From Anthoceros angustus (lineage: Eukaryota > Plantae > Anthocerotophyta): a stretch of 64,000 bases of DNA. The first letter of the stretch is position 1. Each line of letters opens with the position of its first letter. The translations under genes were made by a program, and so were the position numbers. The notes under the pieces are model-generated. The model was not told the origin of the DNA. It saw only the letters and a program-made list of their open reading frames with translations, and did no database searches. The stretch lies in the NCBI GenBank assembly GCA_010909165.1, contig MU008159.1:2418001-2482000 (forward strand). Direction: 5' to 3'. Below, in pieces: positions 11,483 to 24,560 of the stretch.

Positions 11483-14400
11483 TATGGGCTATGCACTTAC
11501 AGGGAGTTAGGAAATAAGTAGGGTTTGTTTTTTTAGGATTGAAGGATAAATAAGGAAAGGAGGAATAAATTGGGGTGGCGCTTGGACGAGGCTCGGGAGT
11601 ATACTCCGGACTCAGTGAACAACGGACCCGGTACCACTATGGCAAGCTCCGGACTCGAATGTGAGGATAAGTCAGGAACCCACTCGAGTCAAAATAGGAT
11701 AAATCATGTAACCTAGGAGGCGGGCGTGAGGGCGACAGGCGGCGCCACGTGGGCGGCCACAGTGGAGGTCGGCATGCGATGGGCGGCCCGCGAGGCCGTT
11801 ATAGCGGTATTCACGCCCCAGCAGCTGGCGGCGTAGGCAGTAAGCGGGCGTAGGGTCGAGTAAGCCATGCGGACCCACAGCGATTCTGGACAGAGCGCCT
11901 TCCAGATTACTTCCTGCGCGGCCAAGGAGGAGGTCATTTGTTGCGCGACCTCGACAATCCTCCACGGTCCCTTGCGCTCCAATCCGGCTCTCTGGCTGTC
12001 TTTTTGGCGCGGCTTAGGCGTGCGCCGTCAAGGTTGGAGCGGTGACGGCGAAGGAGGAACATCGTGCCGGACTCGGCCGGCGGCTACAGAGAGGAGAAAG
12101 CAATGGCACCCAAAAAGCCAGTGGGAGCCATGGACCCTCGTGGGCGCAACATTGTGACCAGCGCTATGGGACTTGAGGCCTGGTGGAGGCGGGGATTGGT
12201 CGGGAGTGGCATGGGCGTGTTCCAAATGGTGCGGACCTTTGACAGCGTCACTCTAGTCGGGAGTTTGCGGAAGATCTTGGATCAACAAGGAGGTCGATCA
12301 AGAACCTCGGGAGGACCAGGCGATGGACCTTGGATGGCCTAACCCGCGAAGGAGGAAGAAGGGGTGGTGCAGGCCCTTAAGGCGAAGGGAAGATAGGGCC
12401 GGCCAGTGGCGATCTTGAGGCACAGGCAGCGGACAACCAGGTTGATATGATCCGTCTGCTGGGCCGGTCGAGTAAGGCGGTAGCCGGATCATTATCCACT
12501 CACCAAGGTGGATCACCTTGGTGATAACTAGTATTCTGCATGCGCTCGGTGAGGAAGGCGGCGGGAAGGATTATCTTCGCCCGGTTCGGTCGGGAGAACG
12601 CAAGCTAAGGAGGCGAAGCCTCGCCATCGGTGACCCATGATTCATGTATGGGGACATTTCGAGCTCTGAAGGAGGGAGAGCTTGAGGCGCTCGGGAAGGG
12701 GCTGGAGGCCCCAGTAGGCGTGCAAGGCGCAGGTGGGGGTCGTCCTTGAAGACCAAGCGGACTCGGAGGAGGGCGGCGGGAGGATTCGGACTCCATCGTG
12801 CAGGCGAACCCCTCACCACCGGGAAGTTTGGGAGGATTCCCCTTCCTCCTTTTGGTGCCCCTCGGGCGGCCGAGGAGGCGTCTGGGAGGCGTTGGCGGCT
12901 CCCGGCGGCAACCACAACCGGTGCTGAGCCCCAGACTCGGTGGAGCCGAGGCGGAAGGCGGTGCCGCCTCGCGGCACCTCGAGGTGGGTGCCCCACCACC
13001 TTGCAGGTAGAGTGAGGCGGTGGAGGCGAGAAAGGGGCGTGGCCCAAGGAGGCGGGAGGTCAGCGGCCCACCGAGCAGTCTGTCCCGGCGGAAGGGCAAA
13101 AGAGCTTGCTCCGGACCCCCTCACCTCCTCAGAGCCCAGGAGAAGAGGGCACAAAGGAGTTAGAGGCCAAGAGGGCCAAGAGGGTGAGACTCGGACCTCA
13201 CCACTCGGGAAGGGTCTGATTAGGTCGAGAACCCGTCGGACTTACTCGGGCTGCGGTATGGAGGTCCTTGCGGACCCGAGAAATCGGCTCCCACGGACTT
13301 TGTGGGGCCTCACCGGCGGCCGTGGAAGAAACACGGCGAGTCAGCTACCGTCATGGACGGAATGCTTTGGGGTCTGTAGTAGTGAGAGAGACCCGAGTGG
13401 AGGCCACCGGAGGAGGATGGTGGAACTCCAAGAGCAAGTGGAGGCGGAGGGGCAAGGAAAAGGCGGAGTCCTCGCCGGATCGAGGAAGGGAAACGCTGGC
13501 GGAGCGAGGCCCGCGTTCACAGATCGGTTAAGGTTCTTCACAGGCAACAAAAAGCAAGCTCAGAGGCCCAAGCGCGGAGGACCTTGCAGTAAGAGGGAAG
13601 CGCAGCAGAGGCTAAGAGGCCCGCACAAGCAGAGAGCTCGGACCGCGGAGGCGGCCCGAGCAGCCAAGTGGGCGAGGCCTGTAAAGGCGGCGGGAGCCTG
13701 CCGCGCAAGAGAGCGACCGGATCACACGAGATCGAACCGTGGAGAGAGCCCAGTGAGGGACTCAAGGCCGACAAAGGCCATGGAGCAGTAAGGGCCAAGA
13801 CTCGGGAGATAGGGATCTCACAAAGGCAGAGGTAGAGGAGGCGCAGCAGATGGAGGATGAAGGACACGCTGGAGCTACAACCCAAGATGCGCTGAGCAGC
13901 AGTGATTCTCAACGAGAGAATCCACGACTCGAGCACGAAGTAGTGGCCCGTCTCAAGACGGAGGAAAATCGCGACTATCCAAGGAGTTGGACGCTGCTGC
14001 TGAAGGAGCTGGAGGAAGTCCCGAGCCTGACGGAGGTATCCGATCACTGGAGAGGGAGTCATGAGCTAAAGGCCGTAATGAACGGAGGAGCGCGCACCGG
14101 AAGTGAAGCGTCAGGGTCCACCGAAAGGCGAAGGGAACGCCGGCGGCGTGGTAAGCGGGCAATGGAAAGGAAACGACGGAGCCGGAGCAAGTGAGCAACA
14201 GCCGCAGGGAGGTGACCGAGGCCGCCTTGTAGCCTCACGTGTCTGACCCGGCTCGGTATCCAAATCTGGCGGAGAGGTGGCCCAACAAGCCGCGGCGCCC
14301 GACTCCGGAACACTTATGGCGGAGGGAGTATCGGGTGCTCGGGCTGCGTGGAAGAGCAATTCAACAAGTCGATTCGGACTTTGCCTATTACCACCGAGCT

Positions 14401-17400
14401 CCACGTGTAAAGCCTCTCGGCGCGCAAGCAGACGGACCCTGGAAGGCTCGGAAGGAGATGAAGGCCAGGGGCGGCCGGGGACCCTAGTGGCCTGTTTGAG
14501 ATAATGAGGCGGAGGCAGCGGAGGCGAGCGAGGGAGGCGGCGGATCACGGAGGTAAGCACCCCGCACCTCACCATGGAAGGAGGGGCCAGAAGAGTCACT
14601 TGAGGCGATCGGGAGCAGAGGACTTGAGGAGAGCCACGGAGGTCCGTGAGGAGGAAACCGGGTGGGCGTGAGTCCGGACTTGTCCGGACCCGGAGGGGCC
14701 GGACCACAGTCGGACCTCGGTAATAAGTCGGACCACCACGAAGTCCGGACCCCGTGTCATCCGGACCACGAGGTCCGGACCCCAGTCGGACCTAGCCGGC
14801 GGACCAGGAAATAAGCGGACTCACGAAGTTCGAGTCGAGGCGGACCTCGAGGGCCGGCTGCGGTGAGGAGGCCGCCGACTTCGCTAGGGAAGCCCGATAT
14901 GGTGGCCCCACCGTGAAGGACCCGAGGAGGGCGAGGAGGATGGCGTGTGCGCGGTTGTCGAACCGCCGTAATAACGGCAGATTCGGAGAGGAGGGGCCTC
15001 ACGGATCATCCGATTGGTGCACCACTGGTCGGGACGAAGTTGGACCACCCATTCGGCGGGGCCAGGACCTTCCACGGTCAGTCGGCGAAGGAGATAGGGA
15101 GATAGGGTGGTAGGCGGCGATTAGGGTATAGGTGGCTATCATTTCGAATAGGGGTGTAATAAAGGCGCCACCTTGGGCGCGATATAAGAGGGTGAGGCTG
15201 CTCTAGTAAAGCATCTTTCTCTTGGTGTTGATGCGCGTTCTTGCAGACCTTTGTGAGTCTTCTTGCTAACGTGAGTCACGAGTCAGCGAGCCGGCGCTCG
15301 GAAGGGGCTGGAGGCCACGAGTAGGCGTGCAAGGCGCGAGGTGGGGGTCGTCCTTGAAGACCAAGCGGACTCGGGAGGGTGTGTAGCCGGACGGAGGCCC
15401 AGGCAGCGGAGGAGGTCATTTTGCGACCTCGACAATCCTCACGGTCCCGCTCCGCAATCCGGCTCTCTGGCGCTATCTTTTTGGCGCCAGTCGGCTTAGG
15501 CGTCGAGGTTGGAGCGTGAGCGCGAAGGAGGAACATCGTGCCGGACTCGGCCGGCTACGGCAACAGGAGGAGGCAATGGCACCCAAAAGCCGTGATGCAG
15601 GGGCCATGGACCCTCGTGGGCGCAACATTGTGACCGGCGCTATCCGGACTTGAGGCCTGGTGGAGGCGGGGAATTAGTGCGGGAGTGGCATCTGGGCGTG
15701 TTCCAAATGGTGGACCTTTGACAGCGTCACTCTAGTCGGGAGTTTGCGGGAAGATCTTGGCGGCGATCAACAAGGAGGTCGGGCATGCATGGGCGGGGCC
15801 GTAACCTTGCGAGGCCGTTATAGCGGTATTCACGCCCGGCTGTAAGGCAGTGAGCGTAGGGTCGAGAGTAAGCCATGCGGACCCAGCGATTCTGGACAGC
15901 GCCTTCCCGGATTACTTCCTGGCGGCCAGGAGGAGGTCATTTTCTGCGCGACCTCGACAATCCTCACGGTCCCTTGCGCTCCATAATCCGGCTCTCTGGC
16001 GCTATCTTTTTGGGCGCTTAGGCGTGGCGCCCGTCAAGGTTGGAGCGTGAGCGCGAAGGAGGAACATCGTGCCGGCGGACTCGGCCGGCTGACAAGAGGA
16101 GGAGAAGCAATGGCACCCAAAAGCCGGAGTCAGGGGCCATGGACCCTCGTGGGCGCAACATTGTGACCGGCGCTATCCGGACTTGAGGCCTGGTGGAGGC
16201 GATTGGTGCGAGTGGCATCTGGGCGTGTTCCAAATGGTGCGGACCTTTGACAGCGTCACTCTAGTCGGGAGTTTGCGGGAAGATCTTGGCGGCGATCAAC
16301 AAGGAGGTCGATCAAGAACCTCCGGGAGGACCAGGCGATGGACCTTGGAGGTCACGAGGATGGCCTACAACCGCTTAGAAGGAGGAAGGGGCGTGGTGCA
16401 GGCCCCTTGAAGGGAAGATAGGGCCGACCACGGAGCGTCTTGAGGCACAGGCGGACAACCAGCGGATGGTTGATATCCGTCTGGCGGTCGAGTAAGGCGG
16501 TAGCCGGATCATTATCCATTGGAACACCTCACCAAGGTGGATCACCTTGGTGATAACCTCGCTGGCCTCGCATGCGCCCAATGGGAAGAGAGCGGACTGG
16601 GAAGGATTATCTTCGCCCGGCCCGCCAGAGGCACGCAAGCTAAGGCGAAGCCCTCGCCATCGGGCCGACCCCATACCGATTCATGTATGGGGACATTTGA
16701 GCTCTGAAGGAGGGAGAGCTTGAGCAGGCGCTCGGAAGGCTGGAGGCCACGAGTAGGCGTGCAAGGCGCGAGGTGGGGGTCGTCCTTGAAGACCAAGCGG
16801 ACTCGGGAGGAGGGCGGCGGGAGGATTCCGGACTCCATCGTGCAGGCGAACCCCCTCACCACCCGGGGAAGTTTGGGAGGCGATTCCCCTTCCCTCCTTT
16901 TGGTGCCCCTCCGAGCCGCATGTGAGGGAGCCGATGCCGAGGGCGCTGGGCCCGCACCGCAATGCCAGCCCAACAACCACGACGCCGGCCGAGCCGACGA
17001 ACTGGGAGCAAGAGGCGGAAGGCGGTGCCGCTTACCAACGCAAAGACCTCAAGGTGCGGTACTTACCGCCCACGGAGTGGCAAGAGGAGGTCGATCAAGA
17101 ACCTCCGGGAGGAGGCGAAGGGGCGTGGCCCAAGGAGCAGGAGGTCACCGCGCAGCCCCACCTCGAGCCGTCCTGCCCCGGCTGTGAAGGGGCAAAAGAG
17201 CTTGCTCCGGACCCCCTCACCTCCTCCGAGCCCTGTGAGAAAGAGGGCACAAAGGAGTTAGAGGCCAAGAGGGCCAAGAGGGTGAGACTCGGACCTCACC
17301 ACTCGGGACTGAGGTCTGATTAGGTCAGGAGAACCCACCGACTTACCCCGGATCATGGGTATGGAGGTCCTTGGCGGACCGAGAAATGCCTCCACCACGG

Positions 17401-20400
17401 ACTTTGTGGGGGCCTCACTCACGCGGCCGTGGAAGAAACACGGCGAGTCCTGCCACCGCATGGACGGAATGCTTTGGGGTCGCATGGAGAAGACCTGGAA
17501 GTGGAGGCCACCGGAGGAGGATGGTGGAACTCAAGAGCAAGTGAAGGCGGCCGGGGCAAAGGAAAAGGCGGAGTCCCTCGCTCGGATCGAGGAAGGAAGC
17601 AGCGGAGGCGGAGGAGGCGGCGGCGATCAACAAGGAGGTCGATCAAGAACCTCCGGGAGGACCAGGCGATGGAAGGAGGGCCAGCGAAGGAGGAAGGAAG
17701 CAGCGGAGGCGGAAGAGGCCGGGCACAAGCGAGAGCTCGGGACTGGCGGAGGCGGCCCGGCCAGAGGCCAAGAGGGCCAAGAGGGCCAAGAGGGCCAAGA
17801 GGGCCAAGAGGGCCAAGAGGGCCAAGAGGGTGAGACTCGGACCTCACCATGGAAGGAGAGAGTCCAGTACCGAGGCTAACTCAAGGCCGTGACAAAGTGC
17901 TATGGAGTGCAAGGGCCAAGACTGGGAGATAGGGATCTCCGAGTACACCGCAGGAGGTAGAAGGAGGCGAGATGGAGGATGCAAGAAGGACACGCTGAGC
18001 TACAACTCCAAGATCGTCGGGCGGCGGTGATTCTCAGCGAGAGAATCCACGACTCGAGCACGAAGCAGTGCCTCGGCTCCGTCGAAGGCGGAGGAAAATC
18101 GGCGACTATCCAAGGAGTTGGACGCTGCTGTGGTATGAGCCGGAGGAAGTGGAGGCCACCGGAGGAGGCGGAGGAGGTCCGTGAGGAGAGCCACGGAGGA
18201 GGCGGAGCTAAAGGCGAGAATGAGCGGAGGAGGCGGAGAGGAGAGAGGAAAAGGAAGCAGCGGAGGAGGTCCGGACCGAGAAAGGCGGAAGGAGCAGCTG
18301 CGCTATGGCGGAGGCGGCGGAGAGGAGAGAGGAAAAGGAAGCAGCGGAGGAGGCGGAGAGGAGAGAGGAAAAGGAAGCAGCGGAGGAGGCGGCCGAGGCC
18401 GCCCTTGTAGCCTCACGTGATACGCCCGCCCACCACAACTGGGCAGGAGAGGTGGCCCAACAAGCCGGCAAAGACGCCCACCCCGAACACTTATGGCGGA
18501 GGGAGTATCGGGTGCTCGGGCACCGTGGAAGAGGCAATTCAACAAGTCGATTCGGACTTTGCCTATTACCACGAGCGAGGCGGAGGAAGTCGGTCGGACC
18601 TGGCCGGCGGACCGAAGGCCTCAAGGAGATGAAGGCCACGGGGCCAGGACCCTAGTGGCCTGTTTGGAGATAGCGGGAGGCGGAGAGGAGAGAGGAAAAG
18701 GAAGCAGCGGAGGAGGCGGATGCGATCGAGGTAAGCACCCGCACCTCACCATGGAAGGAGGGCCAACGGCGAGTCACCGGGCGATCGGGAGCAGCGGAGG
18801 ACTTGAGGAGAGCCACGGAGGAGGTCCGTGAGGAGGAAACCGGGTGGGCGTGAGTCGGACTTTGTCCGGACCCGGAGGAGGCGGACCACAGTCCGGACCT
18901 CGTGTAAGTCCGGACCACAGTCCGGACCCGTGTCGTCCGGACCACGAGGTCGGGGACAGGTCGGACCTGGCCGGCGGACCCGAAATAAGCGGACTCCACG
19001 AGTCGAGAGGACCTCGAGGGCCGGGCGGCGATGGGAGGAGCCCCGACTTACGCTAGGGGAGCCGATAGGTGGCCCCACCGGGCGACCTGTGGGAGGCCGG
19101 AGGATGACGCCGTAACGGTTGTCGACCGCCAGAGCCCAACCGGCTGTGATTCCGGGAGAGGAGGGCCCGCCTCACGGATCATCCGATTGGGTGCACCACA
19201 AGCTGTCGGGGACGAGTTGGACCACCCATTCGGCGGGGCCAGGACCTTCCCACCCCACAATGGGCGAAGGAGATAGGGGATAGGATGGTAGGCGGCCGAT
19301 TAGGTATACCGACAAGCACGCCGTAATAGGGGTGTAATAAAGGCGCCACCTTGGGCGATATAAGAGGGGATGCTCTAGTAAAGCATCTTTCTCTTGGTGT
19401 TGATGCCGGCCTGCACCTTGTGAGTCTTCTTGCTAACGTGAGTCCCGAGTCACCGAAAGGTGCACGACTCCCGGGAGATTGATCAAGGTCCGTGACGGAC
19501 TTAACGCGTTGTGGTGTGTGCGGGGAAGGGTGGCGGTGATCGTGCTCGTCCGGACCACGGTCGGACCCGAGACAAGGTCGGACCCGAGACAAGGTCGGAC
19601 CCGAGGAGGCGGAGGAACTCGGGAGGTGTGTAGAGCCGGACGGAGAGGCCCGGAACGACGGAGGAGGTCCGTGAGGAGGAAACCGGGTGGGCGTGAGTCG
19701 GACTTTGTCCGGACCCGGAGGCCGGACCACAGTCCGGACCTCGTGTAAGTCCGGACCACGAAGTCCGGACCCGGGTAACAAGTCCGGACCACGAGGTCGG
19801 ACCCGAGACAAGGTCGGACCTGGCCGGCGGACCGAAATAAGCGGACTCACGAGTTGAGTCGAGGCAGACCTCGAGGGCCGGGCGGCGATGGGAGGAGCCC
19901 CGACTTACGCTAGGGGCCGATGGCCCGTGAAGGACCCGAGGGGGGCGAGGATACGTCGTGTAGCGGTTGTCGAACCGCGCCGGTAACTAACGGCGAGTTC
20001 GGGAGAGGAGGGCCTCACGGATCATCCGATTGGGTGCACCACAAGCTGTCGGGGACGAAGTTGGACCACCCATTCGGCGGGGCCAGGACCCTGATCGTGA
20101 AGGAGATAGGGGATAGGTGGTGGCGGCGATTAGGGTATCTGGGGCTATATTTCGAGAATAGGGGTGTAATAAAGGCGCCACCTTGGGCGCGATATAAGAT
20201 GAGGTGCTCTAGTAAAGCATCTTTCTCTTGGTGTTGATGCGCGTTCTTGCAGACCTTTGTGAGTCTTCTTGCTAACGTGAGTCTGAGTCAGCGGCGAGCA
20301 CGGCAGCTCGGAGATTGATCAAGGTCCGTGGCGGACTTAGCAGCGTTGTGGTGTGTGCGGGGAAGGGTGGCGGTGATCGTGCTCGTCCGGGGCAGCGGTC

Positions 20401-20776
20401 CGACACCAATTTGGGCAGCGTGAGCGGAGGAACTCGGGAGGTGTGTAGAGCCGGACGGAGGCCCGGCAGCGGAGGTCGGCTGCGTAACCAGCGTCTTTTC
20501 TAAGACCCAAGAGTGTAGCGGAGAGGAGAGAGGAAAGGGCGGATCGTGAAGGATGGCGTGAACGATACGGAAACGGGTCCCTAAACGCTTGGCCATACCG
20601 GCCCAGACGCGTGAGAGTAGTTAGGAGTATGTGTGTGTGAGACCGAACGAGCGCCAAGGACGGTAAGAATCACCAAACGCGTAAACGGGCCTATCATTCC
20701 CTTGGGAACGGACTTCTTCCTACAACGACACGGGATTGTGCGCGCCCGGCTGGCCATCAGCAAAAGTCCCGCCACA
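11483..20776 (+). repeat. Expanded 3' LTR complex (two near-complete LTR copies plus scrambled partial duplications)
   Basis: Copy A ~11483-15280 lacks the LTR end; patchwork junction ~15280-15850; copy B ~15780-20776 has internal re-duplications (e.g. 19640-20330) and ends at CCACA+TSD. Purine-rich tract GATGAGAAAGAG precedes 11483. Confidence 0.85.
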
Positions 20777-21963
20777 CCAGTAGAAGAAACTTAGAAAAAA
20801 TGAATCCTAAAACTGTGAAATGACGAACGTAAACAGTCGTGAGAGTGAAAACTCTGAAGTGTGAAAGTGAAAACTCTGGAAGAGAGAGAAAAAAGACTTC
20901 TAACACGCTGGACAATTCTAAAGATATTACAGACCTGCTGCTCGCCTCGGTCAAGTCGAAGTTGCACCCGTCTGCTGACCTCGGCCGCTCCCTTCGCCGA
21001 GAGCACGCTCGTCGGGCGCACGGCCAACGGTCTCGGCCTAGCGGCCTCGGCGGTCTCGGCGATGGCGCCCTCCGGCGTCGTTCTAATACTTCTCTCAAAT
21101 GGCGACTTTTAGCCATGCCTTCTGCTGCTACAGTAACACGCAAGGTAGCTCTGGAATCCACATTGCTGTAGGATGACAGGAGTGAAGCTAGCTCACCTGC
21201 TCCAACCATCTGAATGTATGCTTGACCAAGGCTCGGAGATGGTCACCGCTAGACGACACTTGATCCATTCTTGAGCAAACTGAGTTGCAAGAAAGGCACC
21301 GCAACCGGCCTCTCCAAGCGGGCGTGGGTGCGGTAGGTTGGGGCGCCAGGTTGGGGGCGGGACAAGCAGTGGGGGCGACAGTGAGGGCGGCAGCCCACGG
21401 CGGGCCGGTAGTGGGGCGGCCTCTCCAAGCACGTAGTCGGGAAGCTTTGCGAGATCACCTGCGACAGTACGAGAAACGTGTGAAAAAAAAAGTGCCCGTC
21501 CCTAGGTAGCAGCTGGCCAGCTCTGGGCAACATTTCGTGAGTCGGGAACCGAGAGTAGGTCGGTAAGGCCACGTCATTACGGCCGATACATATGTTATAT
21601 AATTCCTTTTTCGAAATATGAATTCCTCACATAGAGATAACTTCCCGCCACCAGTATGGGGGAAGCCGTGCAAGCTGCAAGCCGTGCAAGCGTTCCAAGA
21701 TCACCTAAAATGCTAACGAGGATTAACTTAGTTCATACCATCCTACGCAGCACGCCTGTGTCCTCGTTGATGAATTCTATTTAGTGGGTTAAGTGATTCA
21801 TTTGGTTCATATTCAACATTAAATTACGATTACTTATCCAGCGAGTGAAAAATACATGGAGTTTGGATGTTCTTCAACTCTTAAGGAGGGAAGGGCATGT
21901 AAAGTGAAGAACCCCGACCCTGAGACGTTCGATGGTCGTTTCTCAAAGATGTATATCTACCTA

Positions 21964-22504
21964 CAGTCGGCCCCCTAATTGGGAACTCTATAAATGGGAT
22001 TCCTCTCTAAATGGGACCTCCCATCCTACTCCCTTTAGTTTACAATGTAAAAAAATGGGACTTTTCCCTAAATGCTAATTGAGACCTTTTGACACATACA
22101 TTCATATTAGTTTCATTTCCCTGAATGGAATTTTTACTTTCATATTAGTTTCATTTCCCTAAATGGAATAAAATAAAAAAAATCGATTATTTCATAACAT
22201 AATAGACTTTTAAGTGTGATTGAAGACTCTTAAGCTAAGCTTTTTCCTTTATGATAGGTAGAGGTTTTTCAATGCTGCTTAGAGACAGTGCTAGCTTTCA
22301 AGCAACTACATACAGAAATGGTAAAAGTTATTATTAGTGAAACCTATCAATCAAAATTTTAAATTTTTTTTTCAGTATTTTTTGATTTTTAAAAATTTTA
22401 TAATATGTTCATTATTTTTTAAATAAAGAAAATGTAATCGAGACACCTCCCTTAATGGGACCTCTAAAGGCACTCTGAACCAGTCCCAATTAGGAGGTGG
22501 ACTG
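21964..22504. mobile_element. Tc1/mariner-pogo-type MITE (541 bp)
   Basis: TIRs CAGTCGGCCCCCTAATTGGGA / TCCCAATTAGGAGGTGGACTG, TA target duplication on both sides, AT-rich interior with repeated AAATGGGA. The empty site is visible in the paralogous sequence at ~29085-29100. Confidence 0.9.
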
Positions 22505-22609
22505 TATATAAGAGTACGACAAAGATGTATATGTACCTATATAAGAGTACGATCCACGTTTGTACACATTACCCGATCCGACCAGTCGTATTTTCGCTAA
22601 TCACACCAC

Positions 22610-22729
22610 TCACACGTACTTAGGTTTGAACCCCCTCCTTCTGAATGTTCTCCAAGTGGTAGAAGATAGTTCCATCATAAACCCCACGAATGGCGTCTTT
22701 CGTTACAAAACCGTCTAAATCCTTCACCG
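22610..22729 (-). pseudogene. Duplicated caleosin last-exon fragment
   Basis: [31 protein letters not shown] parallels [31 protein letters not shown] of the intact gene. Confidence 0.88.
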
Positions 22730-22749
22730 AAGCACGAACACACAAACAA

Positions 22750-24560
22750 TGCCCACGACCAGCCTTCATCAACTTGGCAACACCGTATGTACTTGGAAGC
22801 ATAAGAGGCTTTTCCATTCTTATCCGCACTGTATGAATCATTGCACTGTATGAATCATTTTCATGTTACATCATAGTGGCTTGGAAGTACGTTTTTGGGG
22901 TGAGGCTGTTGTTACAGCAACCTACGTTTTGAATCGAGTTCCAACCAAAGCTATTGTTGGAATGACCCCGGAGGAAGCGTGGTCTGGCGTCAAGCCCGAC
23001 ATAAGCCATTTAAGGATCTTTGGTTCAGTGGTTTATGCTCACGTTCCGAAGCAAACCCGAACAAAATGGGATCCAAAAGGCGTGAAGTGCCTTATGCTTG
23101 GATACTCTCGAGATTAAGGGCTCTGGGTTGTATGATCTTTCAAGGAAGAAGATCATTTTAGCGAGGGCGTTGTATTTAATGAGGTTGTGGAACCCATCAA
23201 AGGAGTGGGAGCTCCAACCCCGGTGATTATCATGAAGGATCCACGGGCGTATGTTGACGACCCTAATGAGGATTCGACTATGATGACACCCTTGAGCAAC
23301 CCTCGAGCCCAGAACCTTCTCAACAATGCGACATAGAGGGGAGAAAGGGAAATTCGATGTCGCGATTGGAGAAGTAGAGCGAAGATCAAAGCATTGTCGA
23401 AGAAGAGGAAGCTCAAGTATTCGAGAGAGACAACCAATCTTGAGAAGATCAACGAGACAATGGAAACCTTCGCAGAAGATCTTGGAATCCATGAATGCGT
23501 GTGTGTATGAGGAGGCATGGTTGGCAGATGCCGGCGAAAAAATCTGTATGAATCATGAAAATGATTCATACAGTACAACTGAAAAGGAGAAAGAGAAGAT
23601 AGATAAGACTCTCTATCAACGTGCCGTTGGCTGTCTTACATATTTGGCAACAGGGACAAGGCCCGACATTGCGGAGGCGTGGGAGTTGTGAGTCGATTCT
23701 TGGCCAACCTCGGACAACAAAGATTATCAAGCAGTCAAGAGGATATTCAGATACTTGCGCGGCACAAAACATTGGAAGTTGCAATACCAAAAGGATCGAC
23801 ATGAAGACGCCCAGGTGGTTGGATTTTGAATGATCCGCACTGTATGAATCATTGCACTAGCCACTTATCATACGATTTGAAGTTCTGGAACCAAGTGGAA
23901 TGAAAAAACTTAACCAAAGCTAAGCAAGCTTGTCCACCCTGCTGAGTTTGCTGAAAGCGCCTTGCTGCCTCCATACCAATCAGTAACCTGATTCTTCAAT
24001 GCAGCTTGACAATTGTTACATGAAGACGAGATCAGAATCATACCCATCCCCATTGAACCTGCATCAACAGAAGACGCAGCTTAGCGATCCGCAATGTCTG
24101 TCTGGGTGCACCTCACAATAAAGGTCACCTGCAGTACCTCCGCCCAAAAACATATCACAGATATGTGTGACGACCGAAACCACAAGCAAGAAGCACCAGC
24201 ACATTGCAAATGAAGTGGACCGGTAAACCACACCAGTGATAGTTGCCGAAAGGTTCAAACTTGGGATCTCGTAGAAATTCTCCGTTCAGGCAGTCCTGCA
24301 AGAAACCACGCAACAGCAATGTCAGTCCCATCAGTAAAGCATCGTAAGAAATCTCCTGCATCCCAGGGCCCACTTGTACCGTCGACAGATTGCTTCACAA
24401 ACATTCGATCATGTCAGAGATTTCCGTCCAGGGGGAAATCGGTGAGAAGTCTACCATAGTCGCTTCCACTTTGGTTATTCTGAGGATTTGTTGACTCAAG
24501 TTGCGGTCACTGGGGGTCGACCGCGTTTCCCGTTCTTCCAACCTTATATAGTGCTGCCAT
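22750..24560 (-). pseudogene. CCD1: Carotenoid cleavage dioxygenase 1-like pseudogene fragment, copy 1 (interrupted by Copia fragment)
   Basis: LRGFLQDCLNGEFLRDPKFEPFGNYHW (~24235-24320) matches the CCD1 motif [22 protein letters not shown]...YHW; the next exon reads MIHTVRI...YGVAKLMK. Only the first two exons are present. Confidence 0.8.
22863..23830 (+). mobile_element. LTR-less Ty1/copia internal fragment (integrase C-terminus/SH3 plus RT C-terminal end)
   Basis: FWGEAVVTATYVLNRVPTK...TPEEAWSGVKPDISHLRIFGSVVYAHVPK...KCLMLGYS and LYQRAVGCLTYLATGTRPDIA; the RT core is deleted between them. Confidence 0.92.

Larger units (their letters stand above)
3194..20776 (+). mobile_element. Ty3/gypsy LTR retrotransposon (non-chromovirus, Athila/Tat-like), non-autonomous deletion derivative
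   Basis: TGTGG...CCACA termini; perfect 5-bp TSD CCAGT at 3189-3193 and 20777-20781; PBS after the 5' LTR; domain order gag-PR-RT-INT. Confidence 0.92.
21092..22729. repeat. Degenerate duplicate of the caleosin 3' region (28665-29285) with insertions
   Basis: 21092-21250 matches 28665-28830 (third partial copy at ~25200-25345); 21703-21960 and 22520-22729 match 28833-29285. Confidence 0.85.

Noticed and set aside
17419-17850. Collagen-like (GPL/GPR)n ORFs
   Set aside because: They are translations of a 9-bp slippage expansion inside the LTR copy.
3183-20657. Many overlapping minus-strand ORFs in the LTRs
   Set aside because: Shadow ORFs of GC-rich, stop-poor repeat sequence.
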